This document shows, in pieces, positions 1-10,122 of a stretch of DNA of 64,000 nucleotides. The position numbers were made by a program, and so were the translations under genes. The stretch lies in contig JAZURI010000010.1 of the NCBI GenBank assembly GCA_045606105.1, positions 32,001 through 96,000 on the forward strand, given 5' to 3'. Source of the stretch: Spirochaetia bacterium (lineage in GTDB: Bacteria; Spirochaetota; Spirochaetia; CADAEX01). How positions within the stretch are numbered: position 1 is the stretch's first letter; the number at the start of each line of letters is the position of its first letter. A model generated the notes under the pieces. That model saw only the letters and a list, made by a program, of their open reading frames with translations. It was not told the DNA's origin and searched no databases.

Positions 1-453
1 TCATCAACCTACGGAATGAGAAAAAATCCTATCTACGGTTACGAAAACTTCCATAAGGGACTGGATTTCGCCGCTCCTAAAAATACCCCGATAATTGCGG
101 CCGGAAGCGGAATAGTGGAAAGAGCCTCCTGGTTCGATATCTACGGAAACTGTGTCATCCTCAGGCATACCAACGGATACAAGACCCTTTATGCCCATAT
201 GAATTCATACGGAAAAGGGATAAATAAAGGGGTCAGGGTATCCCAGGGACAGGTTATCGGCTATGTGGGCTCCACCGGAATGTCCACCGGCCCTCATCTC
301 CACTACGAGGTTCATTTCAACGGGAAGAAAATAAATCCTGCCTCGGTAAAGTCCCCTCCCGAAAGGAATCTGACAGAAAAGGAGCTGGAAAGATTCAAAA
401 AGAGGAAGCAGGAAATCGATGACCTGTTTGCCACCTTGAAAAACAGTGAATAA
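1..453 (+). CDS. M23 family metallopeptidase (MepM/NlpD-like), C-terminal part; 5' end outside the window
   Basis: Frame is open from base 1 (SSTYGMRKNP...). It has the M23 motifs HKGLDF (HxxxD), YAHM and STGPHLHYEV (HxH). Confidence 0.9.
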   Translation, partial: SSTYGMRKNPIYGYENFHKGLDFAAPKNTPIIAAGSGIVERASWFDIYGNCVILRHTNGYKTLYAHMNSYGKGINKGVRVSQGQVIGYVGSTGMSTGPHLHYEVHFNGKKINPASVKSPPERNLTEKELERFKKRKQEIDDLFATLKNSE

Positions 454-470
454 ACATATATAGTAGTTCC

Positions 471-680
471 ATGATGCCGTTTTTCAAGCTCGGACTGGGC
501 TGTATTCTGATCACATTGGCAATGCTGCTTTTCCTGATGGAATTCAAAGCTTTTCCTCATAACCCTTCGAACCCCCAGTGGTGGGATGAATTTCACGCAA
601 AGCATGTAAGAAAGATAAGACTCGGAGGAAGAATGTCTCTTCTCCTGGGGCTCACCTTCCTGCTTTACGCATTCAAATAA
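471..680 (+). CDS. small hypothetical membrane protein (69 aa)
   Basis: Fills the gap between the M23 gene and the convergent uvrD stop. Two hydrophobic segments flank NPQWWDEFHAKH. No family recognised. Confidence 0.5.
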   Translation: MMPFFKLGLGCILITLAMLLFLMEFKAFPHNPSNPQWWDEFHAKHVRKIRLGGRMSLLLGLTFLLYAFK

Positions 681-682
681 GA

Positions 683-2755
683 TCAGTTGCTGATTTTTTC
701 AAGCCTGGTGTAATTGGTCAGGAACCGGGCTGTTCTACCATTCTCAAACCTTACGATAACCACCGGTTCTCCGTCTTCGGTAAAGCATTTTATTACAGTA
801 CCTACGCCGTAATCGTCCCGGTAGACATAGTCTCCTATACGGAATCCGGATGATACCTGTACAGAGCTCCCCTGCTGCTCGATAAGGGAATCGGGAATAT
901 CCTCAAGAAATCTTGAAGGGGTACATCGCATATCCTCTTTCCAAATCATTCGTTGAGAACAGGATGTCATGTAAAGCTCGTCCCTGGCTCTGGTTATGCT
1001 TACATAGAAGATACGCCTTTCCTCCTCAACTTCATCCTCATCGCCGCCGCTCCGTCCCGGAAAAAGCTCGTCCTCCAGGCCGGTTATGATAACCCGGTCA
1101 AACTCCAGACCCTTGGTATTGTGCATGGTGATAAGGGTAACCTGAGCATTCTCCTGATTCTTATCCTGCCCCATGGAGGAATCCAGCTCGGTATTTTCCA
1201 GAAATTCGGTGATTCCCTCTATATTGCATTGATAATCTTTTGCAGCATTCATGAGCTCGTTAAGGTTGGCTTCTTTAGAAGTATAAGACACAGAATCCTG
1301 TTCCCCATAATATTTTCCAAGTCCGCTTGCATAAATAATTTTTTTAATAAAGCATTTAAGATTTTCATGCTCCTCCTCCCGAAAACTGGCTGAAAGGGAG
1401 CTGTAGATACCGAAAAATTCCCCCAGCCCGCCGCTTTTCCCCTTGAGGGAGGCTATACGGCTGCAGATCTTTTCCGCTATATCCTTTCCGTCGGCTGCAA
1501 GAATCCTGTCAATTCCCACCTTTCCTATACCACGGGCCGGCTTGTTGATGATTCTTCTGAAGGCAACCTCGTCACGGGGATTGACTATAAAGGACATCCA
1601 GGCCAGCACATCCTTGATTTCCTCCCTTTCATAGAACCTGAGAGAGCCTACGATACGGTAGCTTATGCCCTTTCTTGCAAAGACGGTTTCAAAGGTTCTG
1701 GACTGGGCATTGGTACGGTAAAGTATTGCGGTCTCCTTTTTATCCTTCAGGATGATACCGGCACAGTATTCCGCCTCCTCGTATGCATCCCCCAGATACA
1801 TGAGAACCGGCTTCTTTCCCCCTTTCCGGCTTGTACGGAGAGTCTTTCCCAGACGCCCCCTGTTCTTGTCCACAACCACACCGGCCAGCTTCAGAATGGG
1901 AGCTGTGGAACGGTAATTTTCCTCCAGCCTGATGATTCTGGTATTGTCGAAACAGTCGGGAAATCCGATGATATTCTGTACCTCGGCACCGCGGAACTTG
2001 TATATGGACTGGTCGTCGTCTCCTACTACGGTAAGATTCCTGCCGGAACCGGAAAGAAGCTTCAGCAGCTCGAACTGGGCAATGTTGGAGTCCTGGTACT
2101 CGTCCACCAGGATAACCCTGAACTTACGGGAAAGCCGTTCCCTTATTTCGGGATTGTCCCTGAGAAGCTCCACGCTTTTAAGTATGAGATCCCCGAAATC
2201 CACATTGCCGGTCTCTGCCAGCTTTTCCTGATAAGCCCTGTAGATAGGGGGAAATTTCGGGTCAAAGGTAACGGAAGAAAGGTTGTCGTCGGGAGTCAGG
2301 CAGTAATCCTTGGCCCTGGCTATGAGATTGGCATACATCTTCACATCCCGGCTGTCTATGGAGATATCCAGGGTTTTCAGCAGTGAAAGGGTATCGGAAT
2401 CGTCATAAATGGAAAAATTGGGAGAAAGGGAGGCATAATCGCTGTTTCTCCGGAGAAGCCATGCACCGAAAGAGTGAAAGGTCCTGATCATGGGAAGCTC
2501 GTATGATTTCATGTCTCCGGTATAACCCAGAAAACCGGCCACCCTGTCACGCATCTCCTGGGCTGCCTTGTTGGTAAAGGTAACGGCAAGTATGGATGAT
2601 GGAAAAACATTGCAGTGCTCCACCAGATAGGCAATCTTCGAGGTAATGACCCTGGTTTTGCCCGATCCCGCACCGGCCAGGATAAGAAGGGGATTCCCCT
2701 CGTGGACCACAGCCTCATACTGCTCCGGATTCAGCCTGGCAAGATAATCACTCAT
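683..2755 (-). CDS. uvrD: ATP-dependent DNA helicase UvrD/PcrA
   Basis: LNPEQ, AGAGSGKT, TFTNKAA, VDEYQD, VGDDDQSIY, LEENYRS, HNTKGLEF, EERRIFYV, and a C-terminal Tudor-like YGVGTV segment. Confidence 0.95.
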   Translation of the reverse strand: MSDYLARLNPEQYEAVVHEGNPLLILAGAGSGKTRVITSKIAYLVEHCNVFPSSILAVTFTNKAAQEMRDRVAGFLGYTGDMKSYELPMIRTFHSFGAWLLRRNSDYASLSPNFSIYDDSDTLSLLKTLDISIDSRDVKMYANLIARAKDYCLTPDDNLSSVTFDPKFPPIYRAYQEKLAETGNVDFGDLILKSVELLRDNPEIRERLSRKFRVILVDEYQDSNIAQFELLKLLSGSGRNLTVVGDDDQSIYKFRGAEVQNIIGFPDCFDNTRIIRLEENYRSTAPILKLAGVVVDKNRGRLGKTLRTSRKGGKKPVLMYLGDAYEEAEYCAGIILKDKKETAILYRTNAQSRTFETVFARKGISYRIVGSLRFYEREEIKDVLAWMSFIVNPRDEVAFRRIINKPARGIGKVGIDRILAADGKDIAEKICSRIASLKGKSGGLGEFFGIYSSLSASFREEEHENLKCFIKKIIYASGLGKYYGEQDSVSYTSKEANLNELMNAAKDYQCNIEGITEFLENTELDSSMGQDKNQENAQVTLITMHNTKGLEFDRVIITGLEDELFPGRSGGDEDEVEEERRIFYVSITRARDELYMTSCSQRMIWKEDMRCTPSRFLEDIPDSLIEQQGSSVQVSSGFRIGDYVYRDDYGVGTVIKCFTEDGEPVVIVRFENGRTARFLTNYTRLEKISN

Positions 2756-4076
2756 CCGCAGCCACTGCCTCCAGATCCATGTTGTTCCGTTTTATTATCT
2801 TCCCGGTAACCACGTCACCCGGCTTTATTTTTCCTTCCGAAATACCGCTGCAATGAAGAATCACGGCTCCATCCACCTCAGGAGCGTTCATAAAGCCCCT
2901 TCCCAGTGCGATATCCTCTTCCTTGATAAGCTCTTCAACCAGTATCTCGGTCTCCTGTCCTACGAAGCGCTCAAGCCTCTTTTCCGTAATGTCGGTCTGA
3001 AGCTCCTCGGCCCGGGCCTTCCTGAGTCCGGCTGTGGCTGCAGGTACCTTTCCCTTCATCCGGTAAGCCTTGGTACCCTCCTCCTTGGAATAGGTGAAGA
3101 AACCGCACCAGTCCAGCTCCGCCTGCCGGAGAAAATCCATGAGACATTCAAAGTCCTCTTCCGTCTCTCCCGGAAAACCAAGCATGAAGGTGGAGCGGAT
3201 AACACAATCCGGCAGCTCGCTTTTAAGCCGGCGGACCAGCTCCAGATATTTTTCCTTGTTTCCCCTGCGCCCCATGGCAGCCAGCACCTTTTCGGAAGCA
3301 TGCTGGAACGGTATATCAAAATAAGGAACAAATCTTCTGTCCCTTTTCATTATTTCGAGTATTGAAAGATCGATCTTGTCAGGATGCATATAAAGAAGAC
3401 GGATCCTGAAATCGCCGCTGATTACCGAAATCTTCTCCAGAAGCTCCCTGAGAGAGCTGCCTGTGTCGGTACCGTAGGAGGCAAGATCCTGGGTCACAAG
3501 ATTGAGCTCAAACCAGCCCTTCTTTACAAAGCTCCTGATTTCCTTGAGTATGATTTCATCGGGAACGCTTCTCAGTCCGCCCCTGATAATAGGAATGGCA
3601 CAGTAGGTACAGTTGTTGTTGCACCCTTCACCGATCTTGATATAGGCACTGCGGGGAAAATTGAGAAGAAAACGGCGCTCCACAAACCGGTCTGCGGAAG
3701 GGAGCTTATAGGCCACCAGACGGCTCTTCTTTTCAATAATCTCCTCCACCGCCTCAGGAATCCTGTAGATATCGGTATTTCCGATAAAGCCGTCTGCCTC
3801 TGTCATTTCATCGGCCAGCTCCTGACCGTAACGCTGGGAAAGGCATCCGGTGGCAATGATGATCTTGCCGGGATAATACTCCCTGCAGTCAAGGATTGTC
3901 TGTATAGACTCTTCCTTGGCATCGTTTATAAAGCCGCATGTATTGATGAGAAGAACCTCTGCCTTTTCTGCATCGGTGTATTTCCATCCCTTTTTCTCCA
4001 TAAGTGCAATGATGGTTTCGGCATCAACCTGATTCTTTGAGCATCCCAGGTTTTCAATATAGAATGTCTTTTTCAA
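2748..4076 (-). CDS. rimO: ribosomal protein S12 methylthiotransferase RimO
   Basis: N-terminal LGCSKNQVD and INTCGFI..AKEES, radical SAM GCNNNCTYC, GFPGETEEDF, and a TRAM domain with APEVDG. Confidence 0.93.
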   Translation of the reverse strand: MKKTFYIENLGCSKNQVDAETIIALMEKKGWKYTDAEKAEVLLINTCGFINDAKEESIQTILDCREYYPGKIIIATGCLSQRYGQELADEMTEADGFIGNTDIYRIPEAVEEIIEKKSRLVAYKLPSADRFVERRFLLNFPRSAYIKIGEGCNNNCTYCAIPIIRGGLRSVPDEIILKEIRSFVKKGWFELNLVTQDLASYGTDTGSSLRELLEKISVISGDFRIRLLYMHPDKIDLSILEIMKRDRRFVPYFDIPFQHASEKVLAAMGRRGNKEKYLELVRRLKSELPDCVIRSTFMLGFPGETEEDFECLMDFLRQAELDWCGFFTYSKEEGTKAYRMKGKVPAATAGLRKARAEELQTDITEKRLERFVGQETEILVEELIKEEDIALGRGFMNAPEVDGAVILHCSGISEGKIKPGDVVTGKIIKRNNMDLEAVAADE

Positions 4077-4083
4077 AATTACC

Positions 4084-5166
4084 TCAGCGGACTGTTTTTA
4101 CGGAAAGATTGTACTGCCCCTCGGCAGCCTCCTCCCATCCTATTTCAACAACGGAAACCTCGCCTTTGTTTCCGAAAAAGATTTCATGTTCCTTGAGTTT
4201 TGCCTTTACAAAGCCGCTGTCTGACATCCAGAGCTTTATATTCTTGTCCGCCTCCAGCCTGATGCTGTCATCCTCGCGGCAGAATTTCTCATCCCTTCCG
4301 CGGCTGTCTGCATCGCTCATGAAATAGCAGGGACCGCTGAAGTTAACGGTAAAGGCCAGAGGGCGAACCACGGAAGAGGTCATTATCACCGTAGTACCCT
4401 GACTGTGCTTGATTACTGACGGAGCTACAGAAACAGCCTCCGCATATTTGGATTCGGCCGGAGCCTCCAGAGCCTTGTCAAAACGGGCAATGACACTGTG
4501 CTCGGTTTCGTCGGTCTCCTTGATTATTATCCTGATATCATTGTTTCCGTCCCCGTTGAGGTCAAATGAAACATCGGAGCCCGGAAGGAGCCTGGTTTCC
4601 CCGCTGTTAAACCCGAAAACCACACTTTCCTTTACCTGGCGGATAACAATATCATATTCCATGTCTCCGTGAAAAACGGTTACTGTATCATTTTCAAAGA
4701 ATTTACGCTCAAGAAATGCATCCCGGAAGGGATATTCGGTTCCCTTGGCTACCGGCTGAGGTACCTTTCCTGCCGCTGCAGGCTGAAGTATCTCCGGCTC
4801 CTTTTCTTTTCCCAGCTTCGGAACAAAAAATATGACTGCAGCCACAAAGAAAAAAATTATCAGACCGCACAGGAAAAACGGCAGGTTGTTACGGCCGGGA
4901 GATGATGTACTGCCTGAGGCCACCATTAGATTAAGGGGCTTTGACCTGTTGAAAAGATCCAGCATGTACTGAGGATCCGCATCATAGAATCTGGCCAGAT
5001 TCCTGATAAAGCCTACACAGTAGGTGTTTCCCGGAAGCTCATCGTAATAATTGTCTTCGATTGCCCTGATGTATTCCTTGGAGATGTGGGTTGCATCCGA
5101 AACCTGTTCTATGGTCAGATTCCTTTTTTCTCTGTACTTCCTGAACAGAAAACCTACCGAATCCAT
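4084..5166 (-). CDS. rodZ: RodZ-like helix-turn-helix membrane protein
   Basis: N-terminal XRE HTH (REKRNLTIEQVSDATHISKEYIRAIE...LPG.TY..GFIRN.A), one TM segment and a periplasmic C-terminal domain. Lies upstream of rimO. Confidence 0.8.
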   Translation of the reverse strand: MDSVGFLFRKYREKRNLTIEQVSDATHISKEYIRAIEDNYYDELPGNTYCVGFIRNLARFYDADPQYMLDLFNRSKPLNLMVASGSTSSPGRNNLPFFLCGLIIFFFVAAVIFFVPKLGKEKEPEILQPAAAGKVPQPVAKGTEYPFRDAFLERKFFENDTVTVFHGDMEYDIVIRQVKESVVFGFNSGETRLLPGSDVSFDLNGDGNNDIRIIIKETDETEHSVIARFDKALEAPAESKYAEAVSVAPSVIKHSQGTTVIMTSSVVRPLAFTVNFSGPCYFMSDADSRGRDEKFCREDDSIRLEADKNIKLWMSDSGFVKAKLKEHEIFFGNKGEVSVVEIGWEEAAEGQYNLSVKTVR

Positions 5167-5177
5167 AATCTGCCCCG

Positions 5178-5873
5178 TTATTCCGCTTCGAAAAGGAAAT
5201 TTTCAAAGGTATTGGCACTGGCAGGAGAATCATACTCGAACCTGGTGTCCGGAATGTTCTGATTGGTCTTGATATCTGTAAAATCGAATTTGATTTCGGC
5301 ATAGTCGGAGGTTACCCCCACAAGACGACGGATAAGATTGTTCTGATCCACCGAAAGGATAATCTGCCTGAAGCCCTCGTCCGAGGATCTCCATACAAAC
5401 TTGAGTTTTATGACAAGCTCCTCGCTTCCCTCGTCCAGAGGAACAAAGCCGGGGCTTTCCAGATATGCCACAGTATAGTTGCGCCTTAGAAGCTTCAGCC
5501 CCTCGCTGCCGGCCATGACCGCACCGTCTGAAACTCCGGAGCCTTTCTTGAGCTTCTGGGACATGGTAACCCTGTATTTCGGAATATGGATAACCAGTCT
5601 TTCCTTGCCCACCACCAGCACCTGATCCTCCGGATTCTCGAAATTTATCCTGAGAAGAGACGGGTCCTTGTAATAAAGGATTCCGGACATTGTTTCCTTG
5701 TCCTTGGTAATAGTCACCTTTGCCTCATAATCGGCAATTTCCGCATAGGCTGCCGCTACTGTATTGAGATAATCGTTTGCAGTGATGATACGTTCCGGTG
5801 TTTCTGCCTCCTGTGCAAAGGAAAAACAGGCTGTCAACACCAGCAGAACTGTTGCAAGGTAAAGCTTTTTCAC
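5178..5873 (-). CDS. lolA: outer-membrane lipoprotein carrier LolA family
   Basis: GTG start, signal peptide, G.LYYK.P..LRINF..P..QVLV and C-terminal F.DIK.NQ.IPD..F.Y..P typical of LolA. Confidence 0.8.
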   Translation of the reverse strand: MKKLYLATVLLVLTACFSFAQEAETPERIITANDYLNTVAAAYAEIADYEAKVTITKDKETMSGILYYKDPSLLRINFENPEDQVLVVGKERLVIHIPKYRVTMSQKLKKGSGVSDGAVMAGSEGLKLLRRNYTVAYLESPGFVPLDEGSEELVIKLKFVWRSSDEGFRQIILSVDQNNLIRRLVGVTSDYAEIKFDFTDIKTNQNIPDTRFEYDSPASANTFENFLFEAE

Positions 5874-5936
5874 AACAAGAAGTATAGTTTATTTTTCTGA
5901 TTGACACAAGACTTTTTTCCTTTTAAGCTTTTTAAA

Positions 5937-7607
5937 ATGGAGCAGCAGTCAGACAAGCCTATCATAGTCCAGAGCGACGGAACCATTCTTCTCGACGTCC
6001 ATTCCTCCTGTTTCGAACCGGCCAGGGATGATATCTCGGTATTTGCAGAGCTGGAAAAATCGCCGGAGCATATCCATACCTATTCCCTTTCCGCCCTTTC
6101 CATGTGGAATGCGGCATCTGCCGGTATTTCTCCCGAGGAAATAATAAGCAGGCTGGAAAAATGGGCCCGTTTCAGGATTCCTTCCAATGTCCTTTTCAGA
6201 ATCAGGGAAAGCGGAAGCCTTTTCGGAAAACTGATACTTCTTCCATGCGATGACAAACCGGACGAGCTGCTGCTGAAAATCGAGGATGAACATATTTTCC
6301 TCACCCTCAGAGGGACAAAAAAGCTTGAAAAGTACCTGAAGCCCGATCCTGAAAGAAGGGGTTTCATCATAAAGAGCCTGGACCGGGGCACCGTAAAGCA
6401 GGAGCTCATAGGACTGGGATATCCGGTAAAGGACAACATTCCTCTTCTCAAAGGGGCCCCGCTGGAAATACGGCTCAGGGAAACCACCCTTTCGGGCAAG
6501 AAGCTGACCATCAGGGATTATCAGAACGAGGCGGCCCAGGCCTTCTACGGCGGAGGGACACCGGGCAACGGATACGGTACCGTGGTACTTGCCTGCGGTT
6601 CCGGAAAAACAGTGGTGGGAATGAAGATAATGGAGCTTCTGCAGACCAGAACCCTTATCCTTACCACAAATATCGCCGCTGTCCATCAATGGATGGAGGA
6701 GCTTAAGGACAAGACCCACATCAACCCGGAGGATATCGGGGAATACAGCGGCGACCGCAAGGAAATAAAGCCTGTAACCATAGCCACATACCAGATTCTT
6801 ACCTGGAGACCTGACAAGACATCGGGCTTTCCCCATTTCGAGATCTTCAGGCAGAACAGCTGGGGGCTGATAATCTATGACGAGGTACATCTGCTGCCGG
6901 CCCCTGTCTTCAGAATCACTGCAGAAATACAGGCCATAAGCAGAGTCGGTCTTACCGCCACACTTATCAGGGAGGATGGCAGGGAAAAGGATCTTTTCTC
7001 CCTCGTAGGACCCAAGAAATACGACTGCCCATGGAAAATACTCCAGGAAAAGGGATGGATTGCGGAAGCCACCTGCTGCGAAATCAGGATAGATCTTCCG
7101 GAAGAGAGCAAAGTGGATTATGCCACTGCCGGAAAGAGGGAAAAGTTCAGGATAGCCTCGGAAAACAGCCGGAAGCTGGAGGTAATCAAGGAGCTTATCG
7201 ACAACCATAAGGATGATTATATCCTCATAATCGGCCAGTACATTTCCCAGCTGAAAGAGGTAAAGAAGCTGCTGGGCGTTCCGATAATCACGGGACAGAC
7301 ACCGAACAGCACCAGAGAAGAAATATATAACCGTTTCCGCAGAGGTGAAGAAAGGATAATAATTGTTTCAAAGGTGGCAAACTTTGCCATAGACCTGCCC
7401 GATGCATCGGTGGCAATACAGATTTCGGGAAGCTTCGGCTCAAGACAGGAGGAGGCCCAGAGACTGGGAAGAATCCTTCGCCCCAAGGAAAAGAACTCAT
7501 GCTTCTATTCCCTGGTATCCCAGTACACTGTCGAGGAGGAGTTTTCGGCAAACCGGCAGAAATTCCTTACGGAACAGGGTTACCGCTATACAATAGAGAG
7601 CCGCTGA
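5937..7607 (+). CDS. DNA repair helicase XPB/Rad25 family
   Basis: PIIVQSDGTILL, FAELEKSPEHIHTY, LACGSGKT, DEVH, TATLIREDG, SRQEEAQRLGRILRPK. ATG at 5937 preferred to TTG at 5901. Confidence 0.92.
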   Translation: MEQQSDKPIIVQSDGTILLDVHSSCFEPARDDISVFAELEKSPEHIHTYSLSALSMWNAASAGISPEEIISRLEKWARFRIPSNVLFRIRESGSLFGKLILLPCDDKPDELLLKIEDEHIFLTLRGTKKLEKYLKPDPERRGFIIKSLDRGTVKQELIGLGYPVKDNIPLLKGAPLEIRLRETTLSGKKLTIRDYQNEAAQAFYGGGTPGNGYGTVVLACGSGKTVVGMKIMELLQTRTLILTTNIAAVHQWMEELKDKTHINPEDIGEYSGDRKEIKPVTIATYQILTWRPDKTSGFPHFEIFRQNSWGLIIYDEVHLLPAPVFRITAEIQAISRVGLTATLIREDGREKDLFSLVGPKKYDCPWKILQEKGWIAEATCCEIRIDLPEESKVDYATAGKREKFRIASENSRKLEVIKELIDNHKDDYILIIGQYISQLKEVKKLLGVPIITGQTPNSTREEIYNRFRRGEERIIIVSKVANFAIDLPDASVAIQISGSFGSRQEEAQRLGRILRPKEKNSCFYSLVSQYTVEEEFSANRQKFLTEQGYRYTIESR

Positions 7608-7608
7608 T

Positions 7609-8892
7609 TCAGTCGGAAATCCTTTCAATCCTTGCGCCGAGACCCTTGAGTCTTCCGGCCAGATCCTCATATCCCCTTTCAATCTGATAGACATTGCGGA
7701 TAGTACTTTTTCCTTCTGCACAGAGGGCGGCAATAACCATGGCCATTCCGGCTCTCACATCGGGAGAAACCAGATCCGAGCCCTTGAGTCTGGCCGGTCC
7801 GCTTACCACTGCACGGTGAGGATCGCAGAGAACAATTCTTGCCCCCATCTCTATCAGTTTGTCCACAAAGAACATCCTGGATTCAAACATCTTCTCGTGA
7901 ATAAGCACAGTTCCCTTCACCTGTGTGGCAACAACAGTGACAATACTTGTGAGATCGGGCGGAAATCCGGGCCACGGTGCATCGTCTATGGAAGGAATCT
8001 GCCCTCCCATGTCATGACATACCTCAAGCCGCTGTCTCGGAGTCACAAGAATTGAATTTCCGGAGGTTTCCCAGGTTATTCCCAGCTTTCCGAAGGCAAT
8101 TCTGGCCATACGGAGATTTTCCGGAGCTGCATCGGTGATTTCAAGCTCGCCTCTGGTTACGGCAGCCAGGCCGATATAGGATCCCACCTCCATGAAGTCA
8201 GAACCGATCCTGAACTCTGTGGCATGGAGCTTCTTCACACCGCTGATATGAAGGATATTGGAGCCGATTCCCGTGATTTCGGCACCCATGGATACCAGCA
8301 TCCTGCAAAGGTCCTGGACATGAGGCTCGGAGGCCGCATTGCTGATTACAGTCTTTCCCTCAGCCATCACCGCTGTCATCACCGCATTTTCGGTGGCAGT
8401 AACAGAGGCCTCGTCAAGGAAGAGGTCAACCCCCACAAGCTTGTTGGCTGAAACATTGAACATGTTTCCCGATATGTCAATTCTGGCACCCAGTTCCCTG
8501 AAGGCAAGAAAGTGGGTATCCAGTCTTCTGTGTCCTATTACATCGCCTCCCGGAGGGGGAAAGACAACCTTTCCGGTCCTGGCCAGAAGAGGCCCTGCAA
8601 AAAGTATGGAGGCTCTAATTGCCTTGGCATATTCAAGGGGAATTTCCGAATTTCCCATATTGCCGCTCTTTATTTCATAGCGGTTTTTTCCCAGCTTCCT
8701 GACATCGGATCCGAGATAACGGAGGATATTCAGCATTACCTCCACATCCTTGATTTCCGGGATATTGTCCAGAATCACCGGTTCATCGGTTAAAAGTGTT
8801 GCCGCAATACACGGAAGGGCAGCATTCTTGTTTCCGCTTGCCTTTATCTTTCCCTTAAGGGGAAAAGAGCCTTCAATAACATACTTATCCAT
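7609..8892 (-). CDS. murA: UDP-N-acetylglucosamine 1-carboxyvinyltransferase (Asp-type)
   Basis: [57 protein letters not shown] at 8892 has AAGG 7 nt upstream. Confidence 0.95.
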   Translation of the reverse strand: MDKYVIEGSFPLKGKIKASGNKNAALPCIAATLLTDEPVILDNIPEIKDVEVMLNILRYLGSDVRKLGKNRYEIKSGNMGNSEIPLEYAKAIRASILFAGPLLARTGKVVFPPPGGDVIGHRRLDTHFLAFRELGARIDISGNMFNVSANKLVGVDLFLDEASVTATENAVMTAVMAEGKTVISNAASEPHVQDLCRMLVSMGAEITGIGSNILHISGVKKLHATEFRIGSDFMEVGSYIGLAAVTRGELEITDAAPENLRMARIAFGKLGITWETSGNSILVTPRQRLEVCHDMGGQIPSIDDAPWPGFPPDLTSIVTVVATQVKGTVLIHEKMFESRMFFVDKLIEMGARIVLCDPHRAVVSGPARLKGSDLVSPDVRAGMAMVIAALCAEGKSTIRNVYQIERGYEDLAGRLKGLGARIERISD

Positions 8893-8916
8893 ATTCAAAC
8901 CTTACAATGTAGAAAA

Positions 8917-10122
8917 TCAGGTGTCAAGTTCTATCTTGCCGTACTGACCGTCAAAACCGTACCTGATGCGGAAACGGTTTTCCTTTACAGCCCGGATTCC
9001 GTCAAGAACACCGGAAGGAATATCAGTAAGGGCATTGAGTCCGTCCTCAAACCAGATATTGCTTTCGTTGCCGGCCTGCTCCGCCGCACGCAGATAGATA
9101 TCGGCCGCCTTCTTGGAGCCGGTACCGCAGCCGAGGCTTCCGGCAATAACCTCTATAAGAGGAATCTGATACACAAAATCCTGCACCGGTCCCGAATAAT
9201 CGGGGGAAATGCGGCGGATTCTCTCACAGACACCTTCCACAAAGGGCTTTCCGCATACAGGACATATTTCAGGGGGATTTTCGGCAAAGAATATCTCCTT
9301 TCCGTCATGTCCCGGACGGTCTCCCCTGTGGCCGGTCAGGTAATAGCGCCCCTCAAACGGAGGAAATTCCGCAGTTTTCAGAACCCTGCGGCGGAATATG
9401 CTGTCCAGAATCCCCTCCGAAGAAAGCTCCTCCGCATCCAGCAGGGTAAACTCCCGTCCGAGCCTGTTGTAGGCTGCGGAATGGGCATCGCTGGAGGAGA
9501 GAACCGGTACACCCAGCCCTCCGGCCACAGCCGCCAGCATCCGGGGATCTGCGCTGAGCCCCGATTCCAGGCCGTCTATGAGCCCCGTGCTTTTTCCCCA
9601 TATTTCGGATATGGAATCCACAGGATTCTTTCCTCCCAGTATTCCGTCCGGGGTCACTACATGGGCCGGTATAAGGGCTGTCGCAGCCCTTTCCTTCATC
9701 TCTTCAAAAAAGCACGCCATTTCTTCAGAGCTGTCAAACTTCACGAAAGGACGGCCGATTCCCAGCTTTGATCCCTTTGAAAGCATCATTTTCCTTACAG
9801 TCCCGACACTTTCCATATCTGCAAAAAGGATAACCAGGTGAAACAGCTTTCTCTTTCTTTCGTCATATTTATACGGAAGCGTAACTATGATTTCGGACTG
9901 AGGCATCAGGTACTGCCCCTCCTTCATCACCCACATGGATTTAGTGCTGTCAAAGGGGAATTCGCTGTCCAGCTCCTTTTCCCATTTCTCCAGCAGAATA
10001 TCTCCGCTTCCGTAGATGTTGATTCCCTTTATCCCCATGACATGGGAAAGGCGCCGGAAATCAGATTTTCCCGAAGCACCTGCATAGGGAGAATGGGAAT
10101 GAAGATCCACCACATATTTCAT
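8917..10122 (-). CDS. PHP-domain endonuclease Q-like protein (TIGR00375-like)
   Basis: DLHSHS, IPAHVVTP, ESGLSAD, SSDAHS...RLGRE, CPVCGKP..GV.ERI, GFDGQYG. Start reassigned to MKYVVDLH, which gives an ATGA overlap with the upstream stop. Confidence 0.82.
   Translation of the reverse strand: MKYVVDLHSHSPYAGASGKSDFRRLSHVMGIKGINIYGSGDILLEKWEKELDSEFPFDSTKSMWVMKEGQYLMPQSEIIVTLPYKYDERKRKLFHLVILFADMESVGTVRKMMLSKGSKLGIGRPFVKFDSSEEMACFFEEMKERAATALIPAHVVTPDGILGGKNPVDSISEIWGKSTGLIDGLESGLSADPRMLAAVAGGLGVPVLSSSDAHSAAYNRLGREFTLLDAEELSSEGILDSIFRRRVLKTAEFPPFEGRYYLTGHRGDRPGHDGKEIFFAENPPEICPVCGKPFVEGVCERIRRISPDYSGPVQDFVYQIPLIEVIAGSLGCGTGSKKAADIYLRAAEQAGNESNIWFEDGLNALTDIPSGVLDGIRAVKENRFRIRYGFDGQYGKIELDT

Noticed and set aside
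5949-7208. 419-aa antisense ORF opposite XPB
   Set aside because: Shadow frame of a well-conserved gene, with no recognisable motifs.
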